A DNA stretch of 64,000 nt, taken from assembly GCA_038150265.1 (NCBI GenBank), contig JAYOTF010000010.1, positions 21,445 through 85,444 on the forward strand, read 5' to 3'. The DNA comes from Deltaproteobacteria bacterium. GTDB taxonomy: Bacteria; SAR324; NAC60-12. The notes beneath the pieces were generated by a model that saw only the letters and a list, made by a program, of their open reading frames with translations, made no database searches and had not been told where the DNA came from. The position numbers and the translations under genes were made by a program. Positions 50,816-61,125 of this stretch are shown here, piece by piece; position 1 is the first letter of the stretch, and every line of letters starts with the position of its first letter.

Positions 50816-51339
50816 CGGGACGGCTCATGAAGCCAACGGGCGTGTTCCGGCGCCCGTTTGGTTCGCGACCACTCTTCCAGCATCTCCCACTTCACCTCAT
50901 CCAGCCGCGTGTTCATCTCCGGAGTATCGGTGTTGCACGCCAGCTCCAGCCGTAACCCGTTCGGGTCAAAGAAGTAAATCGACTGAAAGAGCTTGTGGTC
51001 CGTTGGGCCCACCACCTCAATGCCGTCGGCCTCCAAACGTGCCTTGACGCGCAGCAGCGTCTCAACCGAATCCACCTGCATGGCAAAGTGCTGAACCCAC
51101 TTTGGAGTGTTCGGATCCCGCCCCATCGGAGGCTGGGTGGGCAGCTCAAAGAAGGCCAGGATGTTGCCGTCTCCAGCCTTGAGGAAGATGTGCATGTACG
51201 GGTCCGGCTCCTTGGTCGAGGGGACCTCATTCTCGGCAATGGCCAGGACGAACTCCATGTCGAGGTACTTCTGGTACCACTCGACCGTCTCTTTGGCATC
51301 GTGGCACCGGTACGCCACATGATGAATCTTTTGGATCAT
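50812..51339 (-). CDS. VOC/glyoxalase family protein
   Basis: [36 protein letters not shown]. Confidence 0.85.
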   Translation of the reverse strand: MIQKIHHVAYRCHDAKETVEWYQKYLDMEFVLAIAENEVPSTKEPDPYMHIFLKAGDGNILAFFELPTQPPMGRDPNTPKWVQHFAMQVDSVETLLRVKARLEADGIEVVGPTDHKLFQSIYFFDPNGLRLELACNTDTPEMNTRLDEVKWEMLEEWSRTKRAPEHARWLHEPSR

Positions 51340-51377
51340 CGGTTTCTCCCACAAAATCGTTGCACAGGCTTCGGCTG

Positions 51378-51596
51378 TCACAGCCCCCGACGGGCCACCT
51401 GCAAGGCCTCCCGCAGCACCTCCAGGTCCCCAATGTGATTGGAGAGCAGCAGCACCAGCCGCGCGTTCAGAGCCGTGCTCTGCTCCTCGCTCAAGCCCTG
51501 ATGCGCGTCAATCAGAGCCTCATAAAAATTATCCCCCGGCAGGTAGGCCGAGGTTTGGGAGGATTCGTGGTAATGCGGTTCCGTAATCAGAGGCAT
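51378..51596 (-). CDS. DUF2783-like protein
   Basis: DNFYEALIDAHQGLSEEQS..LNARLVLLLSNHIGD. Confidence 0.85.
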   Translation of the reverse strand: MPLITEPHYHESSQTSAYLPGDNFYEALIDAHQGLSEEQSTALNARLVLLLSNHIGDLEVLREALQVARRGL

Positions 51597-51605
51597 GGTG
51601 ATTCT

Positions 51606-53258
51606 CTAGTGACAGGTCGCAGTGGCGAGGGCCGCTTCGATGGCGTCCCGCTCAAAGACACGCCAGCGGGCCGCCACATGCTGATCCGGACGAATCAGGT
51701 ACGTGGTTCCCGGGCGCCCCTCGTAGCGCTCCAGCACAAACCCAGAGGGGTCGCGCAGCGCAATCACGCCTTCCGGAGGATCATGGATTGGGTTGATGAG
51801 CACAACTCGAACCGGAAAGGGGGCCGCACGGAGGCTCTGCAGATCCGCTGCTGCCAGCGGCGCCTCCGGGTCATCAAAGTAAAGAAGGCGGAACTCCGGA
51901 CCAAAGTGCTGGAGCAACCAGGACGGCTGATCGTTCCAGGTAACGGGCGCATCCTCCATGGGCATCCCTGGCGCCATGGGGCCTCCTTCTGGCAGAGCAT
52001 CCGGGGCATTGAGCGTCGAGTTCCGCAAAAACGCCGGAAGGGACAGGCGTCCGGAGTTGACCAACCGGCGGGCAAAGGCATGCTCCTCCGCCAGATCCAG
52101 CACCGCATCCCGGAAGACCTGCTCCATGGGCGTCTTCGGGGTCATGAAGTTGGTGGACCGGCTGGAGTTCCGCAGGTTCTCATCAGCCGCATGGGTCCGC
52201 TCTTCGTTGTAAGTCTCCAGCAGCGCCTCCGGAGCCTGGCCGGCCAGCACCGCCGCGAGCTTCCACACCAGGTTGTCCACATCCTGAATGCCCCCGTTTC
52301 CTCCACGTGCGCCGAAAGGTGAGACGATGTGCGCCGAGTCTCCCACAAACAGCACGCGCCCATGAACAAACCGCTCCATGCGCCGGCACTGGAAGGTGTA
52401 GACAGACACCCAGTCCAGCTCAAAGGGTCGGTGGTCGACCGCCGCCTGAATGCGGGGAATGACGCGCTCCGGACGCTTTTCCTCCTCCGGATCCGCCTCC
52501 CAGCCCAGCTGCAGGTCGATGCGGTAAATGTGATCGGGTTGCTTGTGCAACAGCGCGGACTGTCCGGAATGAAAGGGCGGCTCAAACCAGAACCAACGCT
52601 CGGAAGGAAAGTCGGCCTGCATCTCCACATCGGCAATGAGGAATCGTTCCTCAAAGACCTGCCCATCGAACTCAAGCCCCATCATGTCTCTGATCGACGA
52701 CTTGGCGCCATCGCAGGCGAGGACGTAATCCGCGTGCAGCGCGTAGGCGCCATCTGGTGTTTCCACCGTCAACTCGACGCCATCCGCTTCCGGCTTCAGG
52801 CCCGTGACCCTGTTTTTCCAGCGCAGCTCAATCGTTTCCGGAAAGCCTCCAGCACGTTCCACAAGGTACTGCTCCACGTAATACTGCTGCAGGTTGATGA
52901 ACGCCGGCATCTTGTGCCCCTCTTCCGGAAGCAGGTCGAAGCTCCAGATTTCGCGGTCGCGGTGAAAGAGGCGTCCGACTTTCCAGGTCACGCCCTTCTC
53001 CACCATGCGTTCCCCAATGCCCAGGCGGTCGCAGATTTCGAGGGTCCGCTTCGACCAGCAGATGGCGCGGCTTCCCACCGAGACCACATTGTTGTCGTCA
53101 AGCACCACACTCTCGACCCCCCGGAGGGCCAGGTCAATGGCAGCTGCCAGCCCAACGGGTCCAGCGCCAACGATGGCAACCGGCCAGCGACGTCCGGAAC
53201 CTCCGGACCGCTCCGGAGGCGACGTGTAGGGAAACGGCTCGTAGGCGTAACGGGGCAT
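51606..53258 (-). CDS. FAD-dependent monooxygenase (MhpA/PheA-like fold)
   Basis: IVGAGPVG, GSRAICWSKR, ACDGAKS, GDSAHIVSPFGARGGNGG, LIRPDQHV. Confidence 0.9.
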   Translation of the reverse strand: MPRYAYEPFPYTSPPERSGGSGRRWPVAIVGAGPVGLAAAIDLALRGVESVVLDDNNVVSVGSRAICWSKRTLEICDRLGIGERMVEKGVTWKVGRLFHRDREIWSFDLLPEEGHKMPAFINLQQYYVEQYLVERAGGFPETIELRWKNRVTGLKPEADGVELTVETPDGAYALHADYVLACDGAKSSIRDMMGLEFDGQVFEERFLIADVEMQADFPSERWFWFEPPFHSGQSALLHKQPDHIYRIDLQLGWEADPEEEKRPERVIPRIQAAVDHRPFELDWVSVYTFQCRRMERFVHGRVLFVGDSAHIVSPFGARGGNGGIQDVDNLVWKLAAVLAGQAPEALLETYNEERTHAADENLRNSSRSTNFMTPKTPMEQVFRDAVLDLAEEHAFARRLVNSGRLSLPAFLRNSTLNAPDALPEGGPMAPGMPMEDAPVTWNDQPSWLLQHFGPEFRLLYFDDPEAPLAAADLQSLRAAPFPVRVVLINPIHDPPEGVIALRDPSGFVLERYEGRPGTTYLIRPDQHVAARWRVFERDAIEAALATATCH

Positions 53259-53261
53259 GGC

Positions 53262-54215
53262 TCAGTCTTGCAAGGAAGCCCACATTTGCTGGTCACGCTC
53301 AGCCGTCCAGATGCGCGGGTGATCCAGTCCGGACGCCTCATCGTAGGCCCGGGCCACATTGAACGGCAGGCAGTGCTCATAGATGGCAAAGCTGGAGTAC
53401 TTGGGGTCACAGACCTCCCGGCACATCGCCATTGCGTCCTTGAGGGAGCGTCCCTGCGCGGCCGCGGCCGCCACCGGAGCGTAGGTGTCGTTGAGGAAGT
53501 TTTGGGTGAGGTGAATCGCCTCTTCCACGGCATCCGGAGTCGTCAGCGCATCGCCACGTCCCGGCACAAGTGCCTTGGGCTGGAACGCCCGGAGCTTGCC
53601 AATGGTGAGGGGCCAGTCTGTGAAGTGCGCGTCGCCACAGTAACACGCGGAGTGGAACTCGACGGTGTCTCCGGAAAACATCACCCCGGCATCGGGCACC
53701 CACACCACCGTGTCGCCTGCCGTGTGAGCACGCCCCAGGTGCATGATCTCCACCCGACGCTTGCCGAGGTACACCGTCATCTTGTTGCTGAAGGTCAGGG
53801 TGGGCCAGGTCAGTCCCGGAATCGACTCTGCCGCCTGAAAGAGCCGGGGGAAGCGTCCATACTCGCTGTCCCAGTCTTCCTGCCCGCGTTCCACAATGAG
53901 CGAACGAGTGGCTGCCGAGGCAATGATCTGCTGAGGCTGGTACGCGGCAGCACCCAGCACCCGGACCGCATGGTAGTGACTGAGGACCACATACTGGACC
54001 GGCTTGTCGGTGACTTCCCGGATGTACTGCAGCACCTGCTGAGCCATTGCCGGTGTGGCCTGTGTGTCGATCACCATCACCGAGTCCTCCCCAACGATCA
54101 CGCCGGTGTTCGGGTCACCTTCCGCGGTGAAGGCATACAGCCCCTCTCCCAGCTGCGTAAAGCTGATGTTCTTGGCTTCAGTGTCTCCAACAGAGGCAAA
54201 GGCTTTGGAAGTCAT
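53262..54215 (-). CDS. Metallo-beta-lactamase-fold hydrolase
   Basis: TAEGDPN, variant metal motif SHYHAVRVLG, HTAGD, ACYCGD, PGRG. Confidence 0.85.
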   Translation of the reverse strand: MTSKAFASVGDTEAKNISFTQLGEGLYAFTAEGDPNTGVIVGEDSVMVIDTQATPAMAQQVLQYIREVTDKPVQYVVLSHYHAVRVLGAAAYQPQQIIASAATRSLIVERGQEDWDSEYGRFPRLFQAAESIPGLTWPTLTFSNKMTVYLGKRRVEIMHLGRAHTAGDTVVWVPDAGVMFSGDTVEFHSACYCGDAHFTDWPLTIGKLRAFQPKALVPGRGDALTTPDAVEEAIHLTQNFLNDTYAPVAAAAAQGRSLKDAMAMCREVCDPKYSSFAIYEHCLPFNVARAYDEASGLDHPRIWTAERDQQMWASLQD

Positions 54216-54259
54216 GCAGGTACTCCGGTAAGGGTGGACTCATGAGGTGCGGGATCGCG

Positions 54260-55273
54260 TCAGCGGGGCTGGACCTCTTGTTCAATGACGCCAAAAATAC
54301 TGGCTCCGGACGTGTTCCGCATCTCAATGCGCACACGGTCTCCGAAGCTCATGAACGGGGTTTTCACGGCCCCATGAAGAATTGTTTCAACCATCCGGAC
54401 CTCCGCCAAACACGAATACCCCACGCCTCCGTCTCGAATGGGACGTCCGGGGCCTCCGTCGGCATCTCGGTTGGAGACGGTTCCCGAGCCAATCAGGGTT
54501 CCTGCTCCAAGGGCACGGGTCCGAGCGGCATGAGCCACCAGCTGCGGAAAGCTGAAGGTCATGTCCACCCCGGCGTTGGCACGCCCAAACGGCTCGTTGT
54601 TGTAGGTCACTTCCAGCGGGAGGTGCACCTTGCCACCGTCCCAGGCGTCTCCCAGCTCATCTGGGGTCACAAACACAGGAGCAAAGGCAGAGGAGGGCTT
54701 GGACTGGAAGAAGCCAAACCCCTTGCCCAGCTCATTGGGAATGAGGTTCCGGAGGGAGACGTCGTTGACCAGCCCCACCAGCAGGATCCGGCCCTGAGCC
54801 TCTTCTGGCGTCACGCCTGCCGGAACGTCGTGTGTCACCACAACCACCTCGGCTTCAAAGTCGATCCCCCATTCCGGATCGGCCATCGTGATCGGCTCAC
54901 ACGGCCCCAGAAAGGTATCGGAGCCGCCCTGGTACATCAGCGGGTCATGCCAGAAGCTCTCGGGCATCTCGGCCCCACGCGCCTTGCGGACCAACTCCAC
55001 GTGGTTGACGTAGGCAGAGCCATCGGCCCACTGGTACGCCCGGGGAAGCGGAGCCAGGCACTCCTGCGGACGGAACTCCAGCGCCTGTGCCAGCTGTCCC
55101 ACGTTGAGGCGTTCCGAGACTTCCCGGAGGCGGCGAGAGACGTGGTCCCACTCGTCCAGCGCCTGCTGGAGCGTGGTTGCCAGCTCCGGAACCGTCACGC
55201 AGCGGCTGAGGTCTCGGGACACAACAGCAAGTTGGCCGTCTCGGCTTCCGTTCGGGAGAGTGGCAAGCTTCAT
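54260..55273 (-). CDS. Fumarylacetoacetate hydrolase family protein
   Basis: MKLATL, PLPRAYQWADGSAYVNH, DFEAE, NDVSLR, GSGTVSN. Confidence 0.9.
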   Translation of the reverse strand: MKLATLPNGSRDGQLAVVSRDLSRCVTVPELATTLQQALDEWDHVSRRLREVSERLNVGQLAQALEFRPQECLAPLPRAYQWADGSAYVNHVELVRKARGAEMPESFWHDPLMYQGGSDTFLGPCEPITMADPEWGIDFEAEVVVVTHDVPAGVTPEEAQGRILLVGLVNDVSLRNLIPNELGKGFGFFQSKPSSAFAPVFVTPDELGDAWDGGKVHLPLEVTYNNEPFGRANAGVDMTFSFPQLVAHAARTRALGAGTLIGSGTVSNRDADGGPGRPIRDGGVGYSCLAEVRMVETILHGAVKTPFMSFGDRVRIEMRNTSGASIFGVIEQEVQPR

Positions 55274-55348
55274 GGGAGGTTCCGTACCGGAATCAGGTTG
55301 CAGGCGGAGGGGTAAGGGGAAAGGTGGCAGAGCGGTTCAGGTGCCGTG

Positions 55349-55377
55349 ATTCTCGTTTTCCCCCAACCGGTTGTCAA
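55349..55377 (-). promoter_or_regulatory. Putative sigma70 promoter of the FAH cluster
   Basis: Minus-strand TTGACA-N17-GAGAAT. Confidence 0.5.
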
Positions 55378-55422
55378 GAAAAATCCGGGAGGTCTGCCCC
55401 CCGGCCGAGTGCACTCCCTGGC

Positions 55423-56718
55423 TCACTCCTTGAGGAGGAATCCCTGGCTGGCCGCAATCATCCAATCCGGATCCTGGCTGCCACACAGCTCTCGGATGGA
55501 GTGCATGGAAAGCTGCGCCAGGCCGACATCAACCGTGGGCACCCCCAGCTCAGCAGACACCATTGGTCCAATCGTGCTGCCGCAGGCGAGGTCCGTCCGG
55601 TTGACAAACTTCTGCACCGGAATGTGCCGTTGCTGGCAGATCTGCTCAAAGAGGGCCTCGGTGGCGCCATCGGTGGCATAGCGTCCCTGAGCATTGATCT
55701 TGATCACCGGGCCAGCGTTCATCTGCGGAAAGTGCTGGGCGTCATGCCGCTCCGGGTAGTTGGGGTGGAGGGCGTGAGCCATGTCGGCAGAAAGCAGCAC
55801 CGAGCGCGCCAGCGCCGTTTCCTCGGCTTGAGCCAGTCCGGAATCCTGAGCCAGGCGCCGGACCATGGATTTGAGAAATGACGACGCGGCGCCCTTGACC
55901 GTTTCGCTCCCGATTTCCTCATGGTCGAAGCACGCGAGGACCCGGGTGTGGGGCACCGCTTGCTGCCGGTCTCGCAGCAGCGCCTCCAGGCCACAGAAGC
56001 ACGAACAAAGGTTGTCCAGCCGGGGAGCCGACAGAAACTCATCCTGCTCTCCCAGCAGGCTGCCCGGCTGCGTGTCAAACAGGCTCAGCTCATGGCTCAG
56101 AATGGATTCTCGCCGGAGCCCCAGCTCCTGAGCCAGGAAGGCTTCCAGGGACTCGGTTTCTGCCAGCCGCCCCTGCAGGCCAAAAACGGGAGGCAGGTGG
56201 TTCTGGGCGTTGAGCACCAGCCCCTTTTCGTTGACCTCCCGGTTGAGGTGAATTGCCAGAAGCGGAATGCGGAGCAGCGGCCGATCCACCCGGATCAGCG
56301 TGGACTGCACGGCTCCGGAGTCGTCTCGGTAGTGAACGCGTCCTGCCAGCGCGAGGTCCCGATCGGCCCAGCTGGAAAGCAACACCCCGCCATACACCTC
56401 CACTCCGAGCTGACGGTAGCCGTGCTGACGAAGGTCCGGAAGGGGCTTCAGGCGCAGGTTCGGACTGTCGGTGTGTGCGCCAAAGATCCGGAAGCCGTGC
56501 TGCGCGATGGCGCCCGTTCCCTGAATCCAGGCAATCAGGCTGGAGCCTCCGCGGATGACAAAGTAGGCCCGCCCAGGCTGGAGGTGCCAGGCGTCGGTTT
56601 CGTTCAGCTCGCGGAATCCGGAGTCGGCAAGGCGTGACCGCAGGCTTTCCACCGCATGAAACGGTGTGGGAGCGGAGTCAATGAAGCGGAGGAGGCTGTG
56701 GCTGGTTTCAGCAGGCAT
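55423..56718 (-). CDS. M18 aspartyl aminopeptidase
   Basis: PTPFHAV, AHTDSP, RLDNL, DHEEIGS, DMAHA.HPNY, CGSTIGP, MHSIRE. Confidence 0.93.
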   Translation of the reverse strand: MPAETSHSLLRFIDSAPTPFHAVESLRSRLADSGFRELNETDAWHLQPGRAYFVIRGGSSLIAWIQGTGAIAQHGFRIFGAHTDSPNLRLKPLPDLRQHGYRQLGVEVYGGVLLSSWADRDLALAGRVHYRDDSGAVQSTLIRVDRPLLRIPLLAIHLNREVNEKGLVLNAQNHLPPVFGLQGRLAETESLEAFLAQELGLRRESILSHELSLFDTQPGSLLGEQDEFLSAPRLDNLCSCFCGLEALLRDRQQAVPHTRVLACFDHEEIGSETVKGAASSFLKSMVRRLAQDSGLAQAEETALARSVLLSADMAHALHPNYPERHDAQHFPQMNAGPVIKINAQGRYATDGATEALFEQICQQRHIPVQKFVNRTDLACGSTIGPMVSAELGVPTVDVGLAQLSMHSIRELCGSQDPDWMIAASQGFLLKE

Positions 56719-56741
56719 GGCAGATGGTTCGGTTCAGAAGA

Positions 56742-57371
56742 TTACTTTCCGGACCTCAGTTGCCCCTCTTCGCCAGAAAGCAGGCGTGCAATGTTGGAGC
56801 GGTGCTTGTAGATGAGCAGTCCCGACAGGGCACTGAGGAGGAGGAGTCGAGAGGTGGAAGAGTCGTCTCCCACCAACCCGGGCAGGGTCGCCGTCCAGAG
56901 TGGCAGGGTTGCCAGCATGGTCAAGGCGGCCAGGCTGGAGATGCGTTTCCAGAGAAACATCCCCACCCACACCGCGGCCGCGGCGAGTCCGGTGGGCAGG
57001 TGGAGCGCAGCCAGCACGCCAAACAGCGTCGAGACGCCCTTGCCGCCCTTGCCCTTGAGAAAGAGGGAGAACACGTGGCCACACACCGCCGTTACCGCAA
57101 CCAGCGACAGCCAGAAGTCCCGGTCGGTCCATTCGAGTTCCGGGCTCAGCCACGCATCGGCCAGCAGCACCGCAACCGTTCCCTTGGCAAAATCGAGGAG
57201 GAAGGTCAGGATGCCGGGAGTCTTGCCACCAACGCGCATGACGTTGGTCATGCCAATGTTGCCGCTGCCCTGACTGCGGATGTCGATGCCAAGGAGGTAG
57301 CGGCTGATGAGCAGGCCGAAGGGAATGCTGCCCAGGAAGAAGGCCAGGACCAGCAGAAAGAGTTCTGTCAT
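56742..57371 (-). CDS. plsY: Glycerol-3-phosphate acyltransferase PlsY
   Basis: GSIPFG, GSGNIGMTNVMR, GGKGVST, HRSNIARL. Confidence 0.95.
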   Translation of the reverse strand: MTELFLLVLAFFLGSIPFGLLISRYLLGIDIRSQGSGNIGMTNVMRVGGKTPGILTFLLDFAKGTVAVLLADAWLSPELEWTDRDFWLSLVAVTAVCGHVFSLFLKGKGGKGVSTLFGVLAALHLPTGLAAAAVWVGMFLWKRISSLAALTMLATLPLWTATLPGLVGDDSSTSRLLLLSALSGLLIYKHRSNIARLLSGEEGQLRSGK

Positions 57372-57375
57372 GAGG

Positions 57376-58284
57376 TCACCATGCAGACTTCTTGCGAGAC
57401 TTTGCGGCTTCGATGCCCTGCTCCCGGATGAGCTGCAGCAGCTCCCGGTCGTCTCGGTGCTTGATCAGCGTTTGGGCCCCGCGGAGCTGCTCAATGTCCT
57501 GAAGGTCCCGGACTTCCTGCTGCACGAGGTAGGCGATCCAGTCCAGGATTTCACTGGTAGAGGGGTTGCGGGTGAGGCCCAGGTCGCGGAGCTGGTAGAA
57601 GATCTGCAGCGCTGCATCCACCAGCTGAGCCTGAGCCTGCGGGTGGTGCATCCGGATGATGTCGCGCATCCGGTCTGGAGGAGGAAACTCAATGTACGCG
57701 TAGACGCACCGGCGGACAAACGGCGCCGGGAGGTCCTGCTCATGATTCGAGGTAATCACAATAACCGGCATCTCTCCGGGACCGCAGGCGATGACCTGTC
57801 CGGTTTCCGGAACCACAATCCGCCGTTCCGAAAGCAGAAACAGCAGGTTGTTGGGAAGCTCCCGGGGCGCCTTGTCGATTTCATCCAGCAGCAGCACCGA
57901 CCCGGGGGTGGAGAAGGCGCGGGCCAGCGGTCCGAGGTGGACGTACTGCTCCAGCTCATCGACCCGGCGTCCACCGGTTTCGATGTGCATGTCAATGCCT
58001 GCCTGCTTCATCTGGGCATTGGCAATGGCGGCCTGTGCGTCCATCAGGCGCTGCACCTCGTCAAAGCGGGAGACGAGCTGCGAGACCTTGCTTTCGGAGG
58101 TGATGGGGACTTCGAAGAGGGGAGCGTTGGTTGCGGCAGCAAACTCCTGGGCCAGCTTGGTCTTGCCGGTCCCCGGCTCGCCTTCCAGCAGAAGAGGCTT
58201 TTCCAGCATCCGGGCGATGTGGAAGGCCTCTTCCAGTTTGGGGTCCAGGAGGTAGGTGGAGGTTCCGCTGAAGCTGGAGGACAT
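57376..58284 (-). CDS. MoxR-family AAA+ ATPase
   Basis: GEPGTGKT, LLDEIDKA, TSNHEQDLPAPFVRRC, PSTSE.LDW. Confidence 0.88.
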   Translation of the reverse strand: MSSSFSGTSTYLLDPKLEEAFHIARMLEKPLLLEGEPGTGKTKLAQEFAAATNAPLFEVPITSESKVSQLVSRFDEVQRLMDAQAAIANAQMKQAGIDMHIETGGRRVDELEQYVHLGPLARAFSTPGSVLLLDEIDKAPRELPNNLLFLLSERRIVVPETGQVIACGPGEMPVIVITSNHEQDLPAPFVRRCVYAYIEFPPPDRMRDIIRMHHPQAQAQLVDAALQIFYQLRDLGLTRNPSTSEILDWIAYLVQQEVRDLQDIEQLRGAQTLIKHRDDRELLQLIREQGIEAAKSRKKSAW

Positions 58285-59036
58285 CAGAGCTTGCTTTGAA
58301 GTTCAGAAACGAGTTCCTGTGGGCTCATCTCCGGCATGTCGTCCCAGTCCATCAGGTTGAAGAGGTGCTGGCGGAGCTTCCCGCGGGAGAGGCCTCGCTT
58401 CTGCCACTCTTCAAAGACTTCTTCCTGATCAGCTGAGACGGGCCCACCGGACAGATCTTTACGCAGGAGGAATTTTACTGCGCTGTCCGGGTGTTGTCGA
58501 AGAAAATTTTCATGGGACTCGTCTGTGATGCGCCCCTTGCCGTTGACGACATCCGACTCATCGGCGTCCAGTGCATCCATGGAGAAGCTGGATTCGCCGT
58601 AGTCCTCCAGTTGTGGAGAGAGGTCCACATCCGGGGTCAGCTCAAAGCCCAGCTCTGCGGCCTCATCAATCGGCTCGGCCGGTTGCTGCATGTTCGGCGC
58701 CGGCATGGTGCCCTGCGGACCGCCCATGGGTCCACCCATCGGACCTCCAAACGGCGAGGCGCTCAAGCGGCGCTGCAGCTGCTGCGGGCTGGGGATGAGG
58801 ATCACAAACGCAATCAGCAAGATGGCAACGGCAAAGACTCCGGAGTAGATCAGCCCATTGACGTAGAGGTCATACTTCCCCTTGTCGTAGTAATAGGTCG
58901 TGACGTTCATGCCCTGGTAGGTCATGAAACTGACCTGCGACATGCCGTTGTAGCAGTAATAGGCCCCAAAAATGGTGGCCCCCAGGCTTCCCAACACCGC
59001 GACCACGTAGGCGTTGAGGTATTGAATCGGTGGCAT
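58284..59036 (-). CDS. Hypothetical membrane protein (two TM, GGPM linker, acidic domain)
   Basis: Two hydrophobic segments; GGPMGGPMGGPQG; stop overlaps the MoxR start. Confidence 0.75.
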   Translation of the reverse strand: MPPIQYLNAYVVAVLGSLGATIFGAYYCYNGMSQVSFMTYQGMNVTTYYYDKGKYDLYVNGLIYSGVFAVAILLIAFVILIPSPQQLQRRLSASPFGGPMGGPMGGPQGTMPAPNMQQPAEPIDEAAELGFELTPDVDLSPQLEDYGESSFSMDALDADESDVVNGKGRITDESHENFLRQHPDSAVKFLLRKDLSGGPVSADQEEVFEEWQKRGLSRGKLRQHLFNLMDWDDMPEMSPQELVSELQSKL

Positions 59037-59255
59037 ACTCCCTCATTCCTTGAAGGCGGTTGTGTCATGAGCTGGCACCAGCTGGCGTCAAGCCCCGGTG
59101 GCCCACTCATGCGTTCTTTCCCGGCGACTGAACGTGTTCAGCGGCCGAGAACCTCATGAAAATCAGATGGTTTGTGCAAGAACACACCATCACGCGTGCA
59201 GGCGGCAACCGCCGGTTCCTGTACGCGGTGGCGTCCGTCTCGGAGACGGATCCGG

Positions 59256-59678
59256 TTAATTCGTCGTAAAGAGGTTGCCGTACTGCTCGCGGTAGACCGA
59301 AACCAGCGCGGTTCCTTCCTCGTCGGGCATGTTCCGTCGGATCACCTGCACCAGCTGGCGGTTCGCATCCTCCAGGTTGCGCATGGCGTTGTAATGCGAA
59401 ACACGACGGTCCCAGCACTTGGCGACCCCACGGGCGGTCAGGACCGAGTCCACGCTCGCGTAGTACGCCTGATACAGCCGATGGTCGTTCCGCTCGTCGT
59501 AGAAGACGGCCAACCCCGTCTTTGCCTCATTGTGAAGCAGGAAGGCGTGGTCCATGACCCGATCGGCACAAGGCGTCCGAGCCACCGCCGCATCGGTGTT
59601 CAGGTTGGGAAGGGCCGAGCAGCTGCTCAACAGCACACTGAACGCCCCAAGCAAGAGGGAAAGCGTTGGGAATTTCAT
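59256..59678 (-). CDS. Hypothetical lipoprotein
   Basis: Lipobox LSSC; followed by hairpin TCCGTCT-CGG-AGACGGA at 59234-59250. Confidence 0.7.
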   Translation of the reverse strand: MKFPTLSLLLGAFSVLLSSCSALPNLNTDAAVARTPCADRVMDHAFLLHNEAKTGLAVFYDERNDHRLYQAYYASVDSVLTARGVAKCWDRRVSHYNAMRNLEDANRQLVQVIRRNMPDEEGTALVSVYREQYGNLFTTN

Positions 59679-59832
59679 AGCCGAAACATCGAAAATTGGG
59701 CAATCCCGGAATTTGACCTTTCCGGACTATCTTCTGTTTCGGCAGATGAGAGAAAAACTTTAGGAAAAAATGAGGGAGGGGGCCGACCGGCCCCTGCCAG
59801 GAAGCAGGGAGCCGAAGACGGACAGAGGGGGG

Positions 59833-61125
59833 TTACTTCTTGTTGTTTTCCAAACGGTTCAGAGCCGTGAGGATCTTCAGCTGCAGCCGGTTGTAGCGCG
59901 GATTGACCGTGACCGCCGCATCAATGGACTTCTTGGCCAGCTTGAGGATCTCCTTGGCGCCTTCCTTGGTTGCCCGGATCAGCTCACGGTTCTGGAAGGC
60001 AAAGTACGCCACTTGAGCAAACTCCGCCAGCACCGGAAGGTCGCTGCGGTGCGGCTCGCTGGTGGAAGTCCGGCGCAGGGCCTTGCGGTACGCGACAATG
60101 GCTTTGTTGAAGGTGGGGCCAATCGAGTTCCGGACCGAGTTGTCTCCGCACTGCAGGCGCAGCATCATCAGCCGGACGGCCTGCATGTGGATCCGGGCTT
60201 CCATGAGGAACGGCACCGGGATCTTGCTCTCCACCCCCTGCAGCTTGCCCGCGAGCTTGAGTCCAAGGGAGTGCAGGAAGGGAATGTAGCGGGCCACATC
60301 GAGGACGGCATAGCTCTTCCGGAGCAGGAGCTTGCGCTTGTTGTAGGTCTGACCCACCTCCGAATTTCCGAGGAACTGCATCACGGCGCCGTGACGCGAG
60401 GAAAGCTGGTCCAGCTCATCCAGGTTGATCGGCATGGACATCGACGCCCGGATGTCCTCATCGAGGCTCTTGGTCATTTCCTGCATGCTCAGCCCCATCT
60501 TGATCTCCTGGATCATCATCGCGTCTTCCTCACTCTCTGGCACCTTGTCGGCACTGATGAGGGACTCGGTCGAGATGCGGTCCACATTGACATTCTTGAG
60601 CTGGGCGGAGCGGACGAGCAGCAGCTGCTTCTTGTGCGTTTGGATGACGCGGCTGAGGTAGATTCGGTACGCCTGCCCGGCCAGCTGCATGGCCGCTGGG
60701 GTGATGTCTCCCAGGTAAATGGGCAACGCCGCCTGGACCATCAGGTTCCGGTACACCTCCAGCTCGTGCTCCTTGCGGATCTGCAGGAACCCCCGGATGA
60801 GCTGAACCCGCGCATTGGTCAGGGTGGGGTCCTTGCTCAGCTCCGCCACTTCCTTGTTGAGCTGGGGCGCCACCAGATCGCCCAGAATGGCCCCATTGAT
60901 GTGTCCGCCACTTCCGTCCTTGCCGTCTCCTCCCGTGATGGACTTGCGCATCTTGAGGAGAAAGGTGGACTTGCTCTGCTTCTTGATGTCCTCGGTGGCC
61001 AGAATGATCTGACGCGTGACCCCTTTGAAGTCGAAGTTGACTGGTCCGGAAGGGCCTTCTCCTTTCCCGATGACCCGTCCGCGGGCAGCGGCCGCTTGTT
61101 GTGCAATGAGTTCGTCCTTGTTCAT
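59833..61125 (-). CDS. Hypothetical all-helical protein, 430 aa
   Basis: Long ORF with genome-like codon usage filling the gap; no family recognised. Confidence 0.75.
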   Translation of the reverse strand: MNKDELIAQQAAAARGRVIGKGEGPSGPVNFDFKGVTRQIILATEDIKKQSKSTFLLKMRKSITGGDGKDGSGGHINGAILGDLVAPQLNKEVAELSKDPTLTNARVQLIRGFLQIRKEHELEVYRNLMVQAALPIYLGDITPAAMQLAGQAYRIYLSRVIQTHKKQLLLVRSAQLKNVNVDRISTESLISADKVPESEEDAMMIQEIKMGLSMQEMTKSLDEDIRASMSMPINLDELDQLSSRHGAVMQFLGNSEVGQTYNKRKLLLRKSYAVLDVARYIPFLHSLGLKLAGKLQGVESKIPVPFLMEARIHMQAVRLMMLRLQCGDNSVRNSIGPTFNKAIVAYRKALRRTSTSEPHRSDLPVLAEFAQVAYFAFQNRELIRATKEGAKEILKLAKKSIDAAVTVNPRYNRLQLKILTALNRLENNKK

